A stretch of 64,000 nucleotides of DNA, from positions 15,865-79,864 of the forward strand of contig CAYMJQ010000001.1 in the NCBI GenBank assembly GCA_964391455.1, in the 5' to 3' direction. The position numbers and the translations under genes are program-made. Under the pieces are notes generated by a model. That model worked only from the letters and a program-made list of their open reading frames with translations, made no database searches and was not told where the DNA came from. Shown one piece after another: positions 26,684 to 34,887 of this stretch (the first letter of the stretch is position 1; every line of letters begins with the position of its first letter). Origin of the DNA: an uncultured Candidatus Saccharibacteria bacterium (GTDB lineage: Bacteria; Patescibacteriota; Minisyncoccia; Phycocordibacterales; DATDWN01).

Positions 26684-26742
26684 AAATACAAAAAACTCTG
26701 GTTAGTTCCAGAGTTTTTTATTTTAGATTAGATAATCTATAT

Positions 26743-27645
26743 CTATCTTATCTTCTTCCAAGAAGTTCCACTGTCTATACTTTTGTAAATACTGTTTTTA
26801 TTAGTTAGTGCATATACAATCCCTGATTCTGATTTACTGAAAGAAATATACAATATAATTTCTCCATCAAATGTGTATTGTATTTTTTGCCAGGTGATGC
26901 CACCGTCAATACTTTTCCCCATTCCGCCAATTCTTTCAGAGAAGGTGAGAGAATAAGTATTGGTTGGGTCAATAGAAAAAACAGTCACAAAACCTCCTTC
27001 AAGTTGAGAAGATAAACTTTGCCATGTCTCTCCTCCATCTTTACTTATTTTTATTCCATCTTGAGTTGAAGCATAAAGAGTGTTTTCGTATTCAAGATCA
27101 GATGAAAGTGATATAGGAGCAATATTGCTTTTTGTATATTCCCATGAAACACCTCCATTTATACTTCGTTGAAGTCTTCCTGCAAAAAAGCCATAGATTA
27201 TATTTGGGTTGATTTGACTAATGGTCATTGCGTGGAAATCTACGGGTCCTTGAAGACCGTCAGATACTCGTATCCATGAAATACCTCCATCCGTTGTCTT
27301 TTGAAACCCAATATTCCTACCCAGTGATGAGTGTCCGCTACTAAAGAAGGTTTGTGCTTCTGTTGGGTGTGAAGTAAATGACATCAAATCATATTGTGTA
27401 TTGCCAATTCTGTATAAATCTTTGTCATCCATCAGAATAAATAAACCTTCGTGAGTCGCAATGTAGACTTTGTTTGGGTCAGTTATATCAACAGCTATGC
27501 CATGTGAATGACTAAAAGACGATACTGGATTGAGTTCATCTTTGGTGTTGTTATTGGGTGCTGATTTCTCTTTTGGGTTAAAGAGTAAAATTAATCCGAA
27601 GAGAAGTAGGATAGAAATTGCTATGAGTAAATAGTTTTTTTGCAT
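26743..27645 (-). CDS. Secreted BNR/Asp-box repeat protein (sialidase/Ycf48-like beta-propeller)
   Basis: It has an N-terminal signal/TM segment. Five SxDxGxTW-type repeats are present (SKDGGETWQ, SIDGGITWQ, TTDGGISWI, SINGGVSWE, SIDSGTSWK). Confidence 0.6.
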   Translation of the reverse strand: MQKNYLLIAISILLLFGLILLFNPKEKSAPNNNTKDELNPVSSFSHSHGIAVDITDPNKVYIATHEGLFILMDDKDLYRIGNTQYDLMSFTSHPTEAQTFFSSGHSSLGRNIGFQKTTDGGISWIRVSDGLQGPVDFHAMTISQINPNIIYGFFAGRLQRSINGGVSWEYTKSNIAPISLSSDLEYENTLYASTQDGIKISKDGGETWQSLSSQLEGGFVTVFSIDPTNTYSLTFSERIGGMGKSIDGGITWQKIQYTFDGEIILYISFSKSESGIVYALTNKNSIYKSIDSGTSWKKIR

Positions 27646-27652
27646 AATATTA

Positions 27653-28045
27653 TTAATTGAACCATTCCTTACGCCACTCTTTCATCATTTCTATCTCTTT
27701 TGTTTGGGCTGTTATAATGTCATTACCTAGTTTTATAAGTTCAGGCCTTTTTGTGTTTTTTAGAAGTGTTTGTGACATTTCAATCGCTCCTTCATGGTGG
27801 ATTATCATTCCACTCAAAAATGCTAAATCTAGTTCATCTCCTGTCTTTCCAGATAAACCCATCATCATTCCATTCATTGCACCGTGCATACCAACAAAAC
27901 CATCCACTTCTTTATTCTGAGAATAATATTCATCCATCATTCTATAAGGGCGATATGTGTTTGTGCCAGTGTAGTAACCTATTGTGAGGCCAAGTATAAG
28001 TGTTAATAAAACAATAATTAAGAAATTATTTTTTGTATTTTCCAT
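27653..28045 (-). CDS. DUF305-family secreted protein
   Basis: It has a signal peptide plus LDLAFLSGMIIHHEGAIEMSQ and ELIKLGNDIITAQTKEIEMMKEW. Confidence 0.55.
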   Translation of the reverse strand: MENTKNNFLIIVLLTLILGLTIGYYTGTNTYRPYRMMDEYYSQNKEVDGFVGMHGAMNGMMMGLSGKTGDELDLAFLSGMIIHHEGAIEMSQTLLKNTKRPELIKLGNDIITAQTKEIEMMKEWRKEWFN

Positions 28046-28093
28046 ATATTTTAATAGTTATTTTGTTAAATAAAATCAAAAAACAAAAAACTA

Positions 28094-28483
28094 TTATGGT
28101 GCACGCGGGGTTATTGTACTTTTAAGTAAAAAATTTAAAAAAACTATTTTTTTGGTATTAGTAAAATATAAAAACTTTAATTTATAAAAATTATCAGGTG
28201 GGTCAAATAGATGTATTAACCAAAACTTATATAAGACAAGTGAGGTTATTATTAAAATAAAATATAAAAATTTAATTGGTAATGTAATTGACATGTATTG
28301 CCATGAAGTAATGTGCTCGAAAATATTCATTTGACATAAAACCATGCTACCAATCATAAAAGGACAATTATCAATTGGATTGTGGTGGTTATGCTCGGAT
28401 AAAGATAGTAGAGTAAATAATCCAAGATACAAGTAACTAACAAAGATAAAAGAAGTTAGTAATTTAATAAATACGGGTTTCAT
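28094..28483 (-). CDS. Hypothetical integral membrane protein
   Basis: It is a hydrophobic 129-aa ORF with no recognisable motif. Confidence 0.3.
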   Translation of the reverse strand: MKPVFIKLLTSFIFVSYLYLGLFTLLSLSEHNHHNPIDNCPFMIGSMVLCQMNIFEHITSWQYMSITLPIKFLYFILIITSLVLYKFWLIHLFDPPDNFYKLKFLYFTNTKKIVFLNFLLKSTITPRAP

Positions 28484-28541
28484 AGATTTATGATAACATA
28501 AAATGTTATACTTTTTAAGTTAATAAATATACTAAAAATAT

Positions 28542-28985
28542 ATGCATAAATCTCAATACAAAAGGCTACTGATAATGGTTATTTTATCTTTTATATCAAT
28601 GTATTTTCTTATGTTTTCAATGGTAGATTCAATTGATAATATTTACATAGGAATAAATCAGTTTTATATGGCGGGGCTTATGACAGCATCAATGATTGTA
28701 ATAGAACTTTTTATTATGAGTTCAATGTATGTTGATAGAAAGAAAAATATAATGATATTTATTACCAGTGTAATTGCTTTATTTGGTTTTTTCTTTGCCA
28801 TAAGAAATCAAAACTTAATTTATGATGATGAGTTTTTGAAATCAATGATACCTCATCATGCGGGAGCTATTCTTATGTGTCAGAGAGCAAAATTACAAGA
28901 TGCTGAGATAAAAGAACTTTGTAGTAATATTATTTTAGGGCAACAGGTTGAAGTTGATTTTATGAAAAATAAATTAAATAAATAA
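28542..28985 (+). CDS. DUF305-family membrane protein
   Basis: It has TM helices plus the MIPHHAGAILMCQRA...ELCSNIILGQQVEVDFMK motif, paralogous to 27653-28045. Confidence 0.5.
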   Translation: MHKSQYKRLLIMVILSFISMYFLMFSMVDSIDNIYIGINQFYMAGLMTASMIVIELFIMSSMYVDRKKNIMIFITSVIALFGFFFAIRNQNLIYDDEFLKSMIPHHAGAILMCQRAKLQDAEIKELCSNIILGQQVEVDFMKNKLNK

Positions 28986-28989
28986 TAAT

Positions 28990-29172
28990 ATGACATATCA
29001 AGAATTTGTGAAAGAATTAATAAAGCGTTTTGGTGAAGAAAAAGGTATTCTTATGGCTCTTAGAGCAGAAGTTGGATTTTTAAGAAAATTTATTGAAGAT
29101 CAAAATTTTCCAAATTTCAAAATAAAACAAGAAGAAATGATTAAGGATTTTTTAGATAGACATCCAAATTAA
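28990..29172 (+). CDS. Small hypothetical protein (60 aa)
   Basis: ORF only. It is tightly spaced after the DUF305 gene. Confidence 0.25.
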   Translation: MTYQEFVKELIKRFGEEKGILMALRAEVGFLRKFIEDQNFPNFKIKQEEMIKDFLDRHPN

Positions 29173-29270
29173 CTTATAGTTTTTGTGCTAGATTTTTTCT
29201 GAGAGACTTAATGAAAACTTGATTGGATAGGTTTTTTAAAATAAATCATAAATTTTGATATAATCAATCT

Positions 29271-30161
29271 ATGTCGGTTAAAAATTATCTAATTCTTATT
29301 ATTTTCTGTATAGTTTTTCTTTTTGTCTTTAGTTTTTTTGATATTGAAAAAATAAAAAATATAGATAATAAAATTCCAGCATTAGTTCTAGATTCTTTAC
29401 AAGAAGTCTCTAAAAAAGAAATTTATATTGGAGATGATTTGCTTGGTCGAGCAGAACTTTCTTATGCTGGTGGCACAGAAGGTCGCCACAAAAACATAGA
29501 ATTAGGAATATCTAGGATAAATGGTTTAGTTTTGCAACCTGGAGAAGAATTTTCCTTCAAAAAAGCTCTCGGGTCTGTATCTATGGAAGATGGTTTTAGT
29601 GAAGAAAGAATATTTCTTAATGGCGAAGTAACTAAGGGTGTGGGTGGAGGACTTTGTCAGGTTTCTACTTTAATTTTTAGAGCAGCTATGAGCTCAGCTT
29701 TACCAATAACCGAAAGAGCTAATCATAGTTATTCTGTGTCCTATTATGACACAGGTTTGGATGCTACTTACTCCGATCCTGGTCCAGATGTTAAGTTTGT
29801 TAATGACACTCCTAATCCGATAATGATAAAAGGTTGGACAGAAAATCTAAATGCTATATTTGAGATATACGGGACACATGATGGAAGGCTAGCAAGCACA
29901 TCTGAAGTTGTGGTTTCTGATATTAAAGATATTTTACCAACTAAATATGTATGGGTGCCAGAATTAAAGGAGGGTCAAACTAAATGTATGAACACTCCAC
30001 AAATAGGATATACAGCAAATGTTAAATACGATATTATTTATCCAAATGGAGAAGTAAAGGAACAAGATTTTGTTTCTAAATACAAACCTCTTCAGAGAAT
30101 TTGTTATATCGTTGGAGATGAAATAAAAAATTTTGATATAAATAAAACTTTAAATAATTAA
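29271..30161 (+). CDS. VanW-family protein
   Basis: There is an N-terminal TM. The VanW core is GGGLCQVSTLIFRAAMSSALPITERANHSYSVSYYDTGLDATYSDPGPDVKFVNDTPNPIMIKGW. Confidence 0.8.
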   Translation: MSVKNYLILIIFCIVFLFVFSFFDIEKIKNIDNKIPALVLDSLQEVSKKEIYIGDDLLGRAELSYAGGTEGRHKNIELGISRINGLVLQPGEEFSFKKALGSVSMEDGFSEERIFLNGEVTKGVGGGLCQVSTLIFRAAMSSALPITERANHSYSVSYYDTGLDATYSDPGPDVKFVNDTPNPIMIKGWTENLNAIFEIYGTHDGRLASTSEVVVSDIKDILPTKYVWVPELKEGQTKCMNTPQIGYTANVKYDIIYPNGEVKEQDFVSKYKPLQRICYIVGDEIKNFDINKTLNN

Positions 30162-30170
30162 TTAAAAAAC

Positions 30171-30737
30171 ATGTTGCCAGAATTTATAACATTAAAAACT
30201 TTATACTTAATAGCACATGTTTTCGGTGCAATTTTGGGTGCAGGTGGAGCTTTTGTCAGTGATGCAATGTTTTTTAAAACAATAAAAGATGGGGTTATAG
30301 AAAGCACTGAATTAAGTTTTATGAAGCTTGGAGGGAAAATAGTTTGGACTGGACTGGCTATCCTTGTGATATCTGGAATTCTTTTGTTCCTCACAAATCC
30401 AGAGGGCTATATGAACTCATCTAAATTTTTAGTAAAAGTAACTATCGTTGCAGTTATTATAATTAATGGAATTATATTTCACTCAATTCATTTACCACAC
30501 ATTAAAAAACATTTAGGATTGAACTTTAGGGAATCAGAGAGTTTTCTAAAAAAATCTTCTTTTATTATGGTATCTGGCGCTATATCTATGGTTTCTTGGA
30601 TATCTACAGTTATACTAGGGATGTTAAAACAGGTTCCTTATACTTATACAGAGATATTTAGCGTTTATTTAATACTTATTTTCGGAGCAATATTTACATC
30701 TTTATTTTTAAAAAAGAGGATCTTGAAATTAAATTAG
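30171..30737 (+). CDS. Hypothetical integral membrane protein (4-5 TM)
   Basis: Judged from the hydrophobicity pattern only. Confidence 0.35.
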   Translation: MLPEFITLKTLYLIAHVFGAILGAGGAFVSDAMFFKTIKDGVIESTELSFMKLGGKIVWTGLAILVISGILLFLTNPEGYMNSSKFLVKVTIVAVIIINGIIFHSIHLPHIKKHLGLNFRESESFLKKSSFIMVSGAISMVSWISTVILGMLKQVPYTYTEIFSVYLILIFGAIFTSLFLKKRILKLN

Positions 30738-30749
30738 AAAAAGTTTATA

Positions 30750-31220
30750 TTGTTTCCTTATTTTATGGGCTGGGAAAAAGAATTTACAAAATGGGTAGGT
30801 TCAAGGAATTCTGTCTTTATACACACAGTCTTTTTTGTTGTGATGTTTTCTCTTATATTTTTAGGTTTTGAAGCTGACACGATACTTCTTGTCCTAACTA
30901 CAGTTGTTTCTTTAGAGGCGATATATCTTGCTATTTTTATACAAATGACTGTAAATGAAAATACTAAAAGTCTAGAAATAGTAGAGGAAGACCTAGAAGG
31001 AATTGTAGAAGATGTTGGGGAGATTTCCCATGATATAGATGAAATTCAGCATGATGTTGATGAAATAGCTGAAGATGTTGAAGAAATTCAGCATGATGTT
31101 GATGAAATAGAAAAAGAAAATGAAACCCAGGATGTTTCTAGTGAAAAAGATAGAAAAAAATTGGAGGAAATTGAACTTGTGCTAAAAAAAGTTTTGAAAG
31201 AAATAGAGGGTTTGAAATAA
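30750..31220 (+). CDS. DUF1003-like membrane protein with an acidic repeat tail (DIDEIQHDVDEIAEDVEEIQHDVDEIE)
   Basis: It has two TM helices followed by tandem acidic 9-10-mer repeats. Confidence 0.35.
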   Translation: MFPYFMGWEKEFTKWVGSRNSVFIHTVFFVVMFSLIFLGFEADTILLVLTTVVSLEAIYLAIFIQMTVNENTKSLEIVEEDLEGIVEDVGEISHDIDEIQHDVDEIAEDVEEIQHDVDEIEKENETQDVSSEKDRKKLEEIELVLKKVLKEIEGLK

Positions 31221-31243
31221 ACATTTAAAAATGTTAAATTAGT

Positions 31244-31825
31244 TTGATGAAAAAAACCTTATATTTTATTGCTGGTGTTATTGTCTTGGTAATTGCGGGA
31301 TACTATTTTTTAAGAGTAGATAAATCTGAAATATCAAGAGATTACACAACTTATAGTAATTCAGAACTTGGAATACAGTTTGATTATCGTGCTGGCCCAA
31401 ATGGATATGTTTTGGAAGAGAGGATTTTGTCTCAAACAGAAAATTTAATTAAAGTTATTACTCTTATATCAACAGAAGATGCGGGAAGAATTCCTCCTGA
31501 AGGAGGTGAGGGTCCGGCTGTCATAGCGATAAGTGTTTTTAATAATAACAAAAAACAATTTCCAGAAATTTGGGCCAATGAAAATATTCAATATAGTAAT
31601 ATAAATCTTAAATTTGGAGATGTTATGGAAGATGTTGTAGGAGGAGCAAATGCTATACGATACATGGCAGATGGACTTTATGCTTCAGAAAATGTGGTAG
31701 TTACTCATGGAGAAAATATATATGTTATAACTGGTCAATTTATGACAGAAGATTCACAAATTCGTAGAGACTTTTCTCCACTAATAGAATCGATTGATTT
31801 TATTCCTAAACCAAATCAGCAGTAG
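31244..31825 (+). CDS. Hypothetical secreted/membrane-anchored protein
   Basis: It has an N-terminal TM/signal segment and no recognisable domain. Confidence 0.35.
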   Translation: MMKKTLYFIAGVIVLVIAGYYFLRVDKSEISRDYTTYSNSELGIQFDYRAGPNGYVLEERILSQTENLIKVITLISTEDAGRIPPEGGEGPAVIAISVFNNNKKQFPEIWANENIQYSNINLKFGDVMEDVVGGANAIRYMADGLYASENVVVTHGENIYVITGQFMTEDSQIRRDFSPLIESIDFIPKPNQQ

Positions 31826-32046
31826 TTTTTACTTGATTTTATTACAATATTTTGTTATAATATAAGGGTGTGAGGCACCTTGAAATAAGGTTAACAGATT
31901 GGAACCTCTTTTCATTTTTTCTGATCAATCTTGGTCAAAAAAAATGAGGGGGGCAGTCTGGTAATTAGCCAGAATACTGTACTTAGTCAGTACAGTATTT
32001 AAGTCCTTCTCGTAACAAAAAATAGTATGAAAATACTAAAAGTTGT

Positions 32047-32226
32047 AGCGCTGGGACTTCTAATTATCATGCTGAAGTTCCTAACCCCGAAAATTTTTTC
32101 GGGCATCGAGAACACCCTCCTAGTGTTCTTTGAGACAATTCAAACTGTGTTAGGTCACAGTAAAGATTCCATGACAGCTGGAATTTTTCCTAACCTGCCA
32201 CAGTAACAAACAGAACCGGTCGCTTT
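32047..32226 (+). CDS. Candidate 59-aa small membrane protein (MKILKVVALGLLIIMLKF...)
   Basis: The ORF is just below the 60-aa cutoff of the supplied track. It has an N-terminal hydrophobic helix and a weak RBS. It ends at a bidirectional terminator hairpin at 32233-32262. Confidence 0.2.
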
Positions 32227-32232
32227 GGCGAA

Positions 32233-32262
32233 CCGGTTTTTGTATTTGTAAACTAAGACTGT
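32233..32262. terminator. Bidirectional terminator hairpin (GAACCGGTCGC-TTTG-GCGAACCGGTT) shared by the convergent small ORF and the MltG-like gene
   Basis: An 11-bp stem was read directly, with T-runs on both sides. Confidence 0.5.
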
Positions 32263-33053
32263 AAATATTTTTTAATGTTAGCTTTATGTTCTTCGTATGT
32301 TCTGGCACAGTGAATTTTTCTTTTTTTATCGTGTATGTAGAACATACAGTTTGTTTTTTGCGGGTTATAGGCGGCTTCAATAGCAGAAAGTCCTGGGTTG
32401 GCTATCGGACTAGGAGGAAGCCCTGTTTCTTTATATGTATTATAAGGAGAATTTATTCCTTTATCACTCGGTTCTACTTGTCCCCACCATCCATCTTCTT
32501 CATTTCCTTTAGCATATTGTAGTGTCGCATCCATCTGAAGTTTCATTCCGGCCCAGATTCTGTTCCAGATTACACCTGATATAAGTCTCATATCATGCTT
32601 GCCGGCAGCTTCTCGTTGTATTATGGACGCTATTTTTAAAGCAGTATCTTCGTTTATTAATTCTTTTCTTTTTTGTTTCCTTACTGCAGAAGTTTCTCTT
32701 AAGAATTGTTTTAGCATTACTGCAGTCACTCCCATAGGGTCTTCATCTTTATGTAAAAGATATGTTTTTGGAAAGTATTTTCCTTCTAAATTATTTGTAT
32801 TAAGGGCTAGGTGAGCGTTTATAAAACTATTTTTTTCTTTATCATCCCATCCTAATTTTGAGCCAACTATTTCTGCTATTTCCTCTTTTCTTAATCCTTC
32901 TTGTATACGTACTATTTTTACTGAAGGATTGGCAAGATTTTGGTAAAAAGAAAGTGTGCCTAGTAAAGAAAGGTCTATATTGTGGTAACTTAACATTCCA
33001 ATAAGAGTTCCTACAGACAAAGTAAAGAATATTATAGTTGTTCTCCAAGACAT
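32253..33053 (-). CDS. mltG: Endolytic murein transglycosylase MltG/YceG family
   Basis: There is an N-terminal TM. The YceG-family signature GLPPSPIANPGLSAIEAAYNP is present, together with upstream conserved blocks. Confidence 0.7.
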   Translation of the reverse strand: MSWRTTIIFFTLSVGTLIGMLSYHNIDLSLLGTLSFYQNLANPSVKIVRIQEGLRKEEIAEIVGSKLGWDDKEKNSFINAHLALNTNNLEGKYFPKTYLLHKDEDPMGVTAVMLKQFLRETSAVRKQKRKELINEDTALKIASIIQREAAGKHDMRLISGVIWNRIWAGMKLQMDATLQYAKGNEEDGWWGQVEPSDKGINSPYNTYKETGLPPSPIANPGLSAIEAAYNPQKTNCMFYIHDKKRKIHCARTYEEHKANIKKYLQS

Positions 33054-33112
33054 ATTTTTATTGTATCACAATAAAAATAGACGAGAATGTTTTTTGTTGA
33101 TAATATATAATT

Positions 33113-33337
33113 ATGTCTATAAAAACATTTTTGATGAAAAAAATGCTTGCCTCTAAAATGAAAGATGTTCCACAAGCAGAACAAGAAAAAGTATTTTCTA
33201 TGATTGAGAAAAATCCTGATTTGTTTCAAAAGATCGGTTTGGAAGTTCAAGAAGAAATGAAAAAGGGAATAGATCAAATGACTGCTACTATGAACGTGGT
33301 TAAAAAATATGAAAAGGATCTAAAAGGTTTAATGTAG
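33113..33337 (+). CDS. Small hypothetical protein (74 aa)
   Basis: ORF only. It is a charged helical peptide. Confidence 0.25.
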   Translation: MSIKTFLMKKMLASKMKDVPQAEQEKVFSMIEKNPDLFQKIGLEVQEEMKKGIDQMTATMNVVKKYEKDLKGLM

Positions 33338-33364
33338 TTTTTATAAAATCTGATTATTTTTATT

Positions 33365-33940
33365 ATGCCTAAAAAAGTTTTTATTTTAGCTGGTCATCCT
33401 GATACCGAAAGTATGTGTTGCGATTTTGCTTCTGCTTATGCAAACGGTGCGAAATCTTCCGGACACTCTGTTAGACTTACAAAACTATCTGAAATGAAAT
33501 TTGATCCGATATTACATAAAGGCTACAAAGTAATTCAAGAATTGGAACCGGATTTGATTAAATTTCAGGAGGATGTTAGATGGTGTGATCATTTTGTGAT
33601 TATCTACCCGTCTTGGTGGTCTACAATGCCCGCTTTACTTAAAGGTTTGTTTGATAGAGTCTGGCTTCCTGGTTTTGCATTTAAATTTTTGCCAAGCGGT
33701 ATAGGATGGAGAAGACTTCTGAGGGGTAGAACGGCTAGGGTTTTTATAACATCAGATTCACATCCTCTCATCGCTAGATTTTTACAAGGAGATAATACAA
33801 ATGAAATTCAAGACGGGATATTGTGGTTCGCTGGCTTCTATACAAAAATCACAAAAGTTGGACCGATGAAGAAAATTTCTGAAGAAAAGAAAAATTCTTG
33901 GTTAAGAAAATTTAAAGAATACGGAAGAAAAGTGTACTAA
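33365..33940 (+). CDS. Flavodoxin-like fold NAD(P)H dehydrogenase (quinone) / NAD(P)H-dependent oxidoreductase
   Basis: The KVFILAGHPDTESMC start and HFVIIYPSWWSTMPALLKG region are typical of the Flavodoxin_2/NQO1-like family. Confidence 0.65.
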   Translation: MPKKVFILAGHPDTESMCCDFASAYANGAKSSGHSVRLTKLSEMKFDPILHKGYKVIQELEPDLIKFQEDVRWCDHFVIIYPSWWSTMPALLKGLFDRVWLPGFAFKFLPSGIGWRRLLRGRTARVFITSDSHPLIARFLQGDNTNEIQDGILWFAGFYTKITKVGPMKKISEEKKNSWLRKFKEYGRKVY

Positions 33941-33948
33941 TTTTAATA

Positions 33949-33977
33949 TTGACATTAGTATTTAATTGTGATAGTAT
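33949..33977 (+). promoter_or_regulatory. Sigma70-type promoter for the collagen-like gene: TTGACA, 17 nt, TAGTAT
   Basis: Read directly. A 7-bp hairpin (GCTGTCA-ATTTC-TGACAGC) lies in the 5' UTR at 33987-34005, followed by the AAGGAGG SD. Confidence 0.45.
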
Positions 33978-34018
33978 GATATAAGAGCTGTCAATTTCTG
34001 ACAGCAAGGAGGTTTTTT

Positions 34019-34810
34019 GTGAAGAACATCGTTTGGTGTGTTTTTGTTCTGGGTCTTCTCGTTGCTCTGGAGGGCGACGTCAAGGCCCAGATCGGCGGTG
34101 TCCAGCTGGACACCACCTGTGTCACTGGGACCGAAGGGGGTTGCAAGCCCCCGACGGAACCCACCCCCGCCCCAGGGCCTCCCGGACCGCCGGGACCCCA
34201 GGGCCCTCCGGGGCCGGCTGGTCCACAGGGGCCCGAAGGACCCAAGGGGGATCCGGGTCCCCAGGGGCCCGAAGGCCCTCCTGGACCGCCCGGAGGCGAG
34301 TGCGTCGAGAACATGAGTGAGTGGGCTCACTGGGATGGGGACGTCCCGTTGGTCTACATGGATACCACAGACGTGATGCTCACGATCCCCCGGGGCAATT
34401 GTCGTCCCAACGACATGCTTTGGTATGATCGTGAGTCGCGGGTGATGCTTTTCTGGGATTACAATCACCCTTCCGGAACCCCGCACGTTACGGGATTCCG
34501 TCGTGGTGGGGAAATTCCCGTCTGGACTCACATTGCTGTGCTGACGCCTCGAGTTTTTCATTTCGTGGCATCGGCTCCGCACAACCACGGACCCAACAGT
34601 CCGGCAAGGTTTCCAACGCATTTCTGCACAGTCGGCCTGGGGAACATGATCCTTGGGGCGACAAAGAAGGGTGTCTACTACGGTTCATACCCCATCACCA
34701 TCCTCACAACATACGGGACGATTCCACTCACGGAAATCACCCCGGAAGTGTGGGAAGCAATGGTCGGCCACGACCATGACCACATGGAGATGACTCCTCC
34801 CGGCAAGTAA
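34019..34810 (+). CDS. Secreted collagen-like triple-helix repeat protein (13 G-X-Y triplets, [40 protein letters not shown]) with a 170-aa C-terminal globular domain. It is encoded in a 60% GC island
   Basis: It uses a GTG start 7 nt after AAGGAGG. There is a signal peptide ([16 protein letters not shown]) and a His-rich C-terminus (GHDHDHMEM). The gene has its own promoter and terminator. The GC composition contrasts sharply with the flanks. Confidence 0.6.
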   Translation: MKNIVWCVFVLGLLVALEGDVKAQIGGVQLDTTCVTGTEGGCKPPTEPTPAPGPPGPPGPQGPPGPAGPQGPEGPKGDPGPQGPEGPPGPPGGECVENMSEWAHWDGDVPLVYMDTTDVMLTIPRGNCRPNDMLWYDRESRVMLFWDYNHPSGTPHVTGFRRGGEIPVWTHIAVLTPRVFHFVASAPHNHGPNSPARFPTHFCTVGLGNMILGATKKGVYYGSYPITILTTYGTIPLTEITPEVWEAMVGHDHDHMEMTPPGK

Positions 34811-34842
34811 CACGTCGTCAGTAACACCGACGACAACAACAA

Positions 34843-34884
34843 CCCTCAGCTACGCACCGTATGTGTGCGGGCTGGGGGTTTTTC
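34843..34884. terminator. Long GC-rich hairpin followed by T5 that terminates the collagen-like gene. It also lies just past the stop of the convergent CPA2 gene
   Basis: CCCTCAGCTACGCACC...GTGTGCGGGCTGGGGG followed by TTTTT. A second hairpin (GTCGTC...GACGAC) is at 34814-34834. Confidence 0.55.
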
Positions 34885-34887
34885 TAA

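Noticed and set aside
33962-34688. Several overlapping ORFs on both strands inside the collagen-like gene (for example 33962-34621 minus, 33991-34314 minus, 34033-34320 plus)
   Set aside because: These are artefacts of a 60% GC GXY-repeat region. Only the frame with a signal peptide, SD and uninterrupted Gly-X-Y periodicity is credible.
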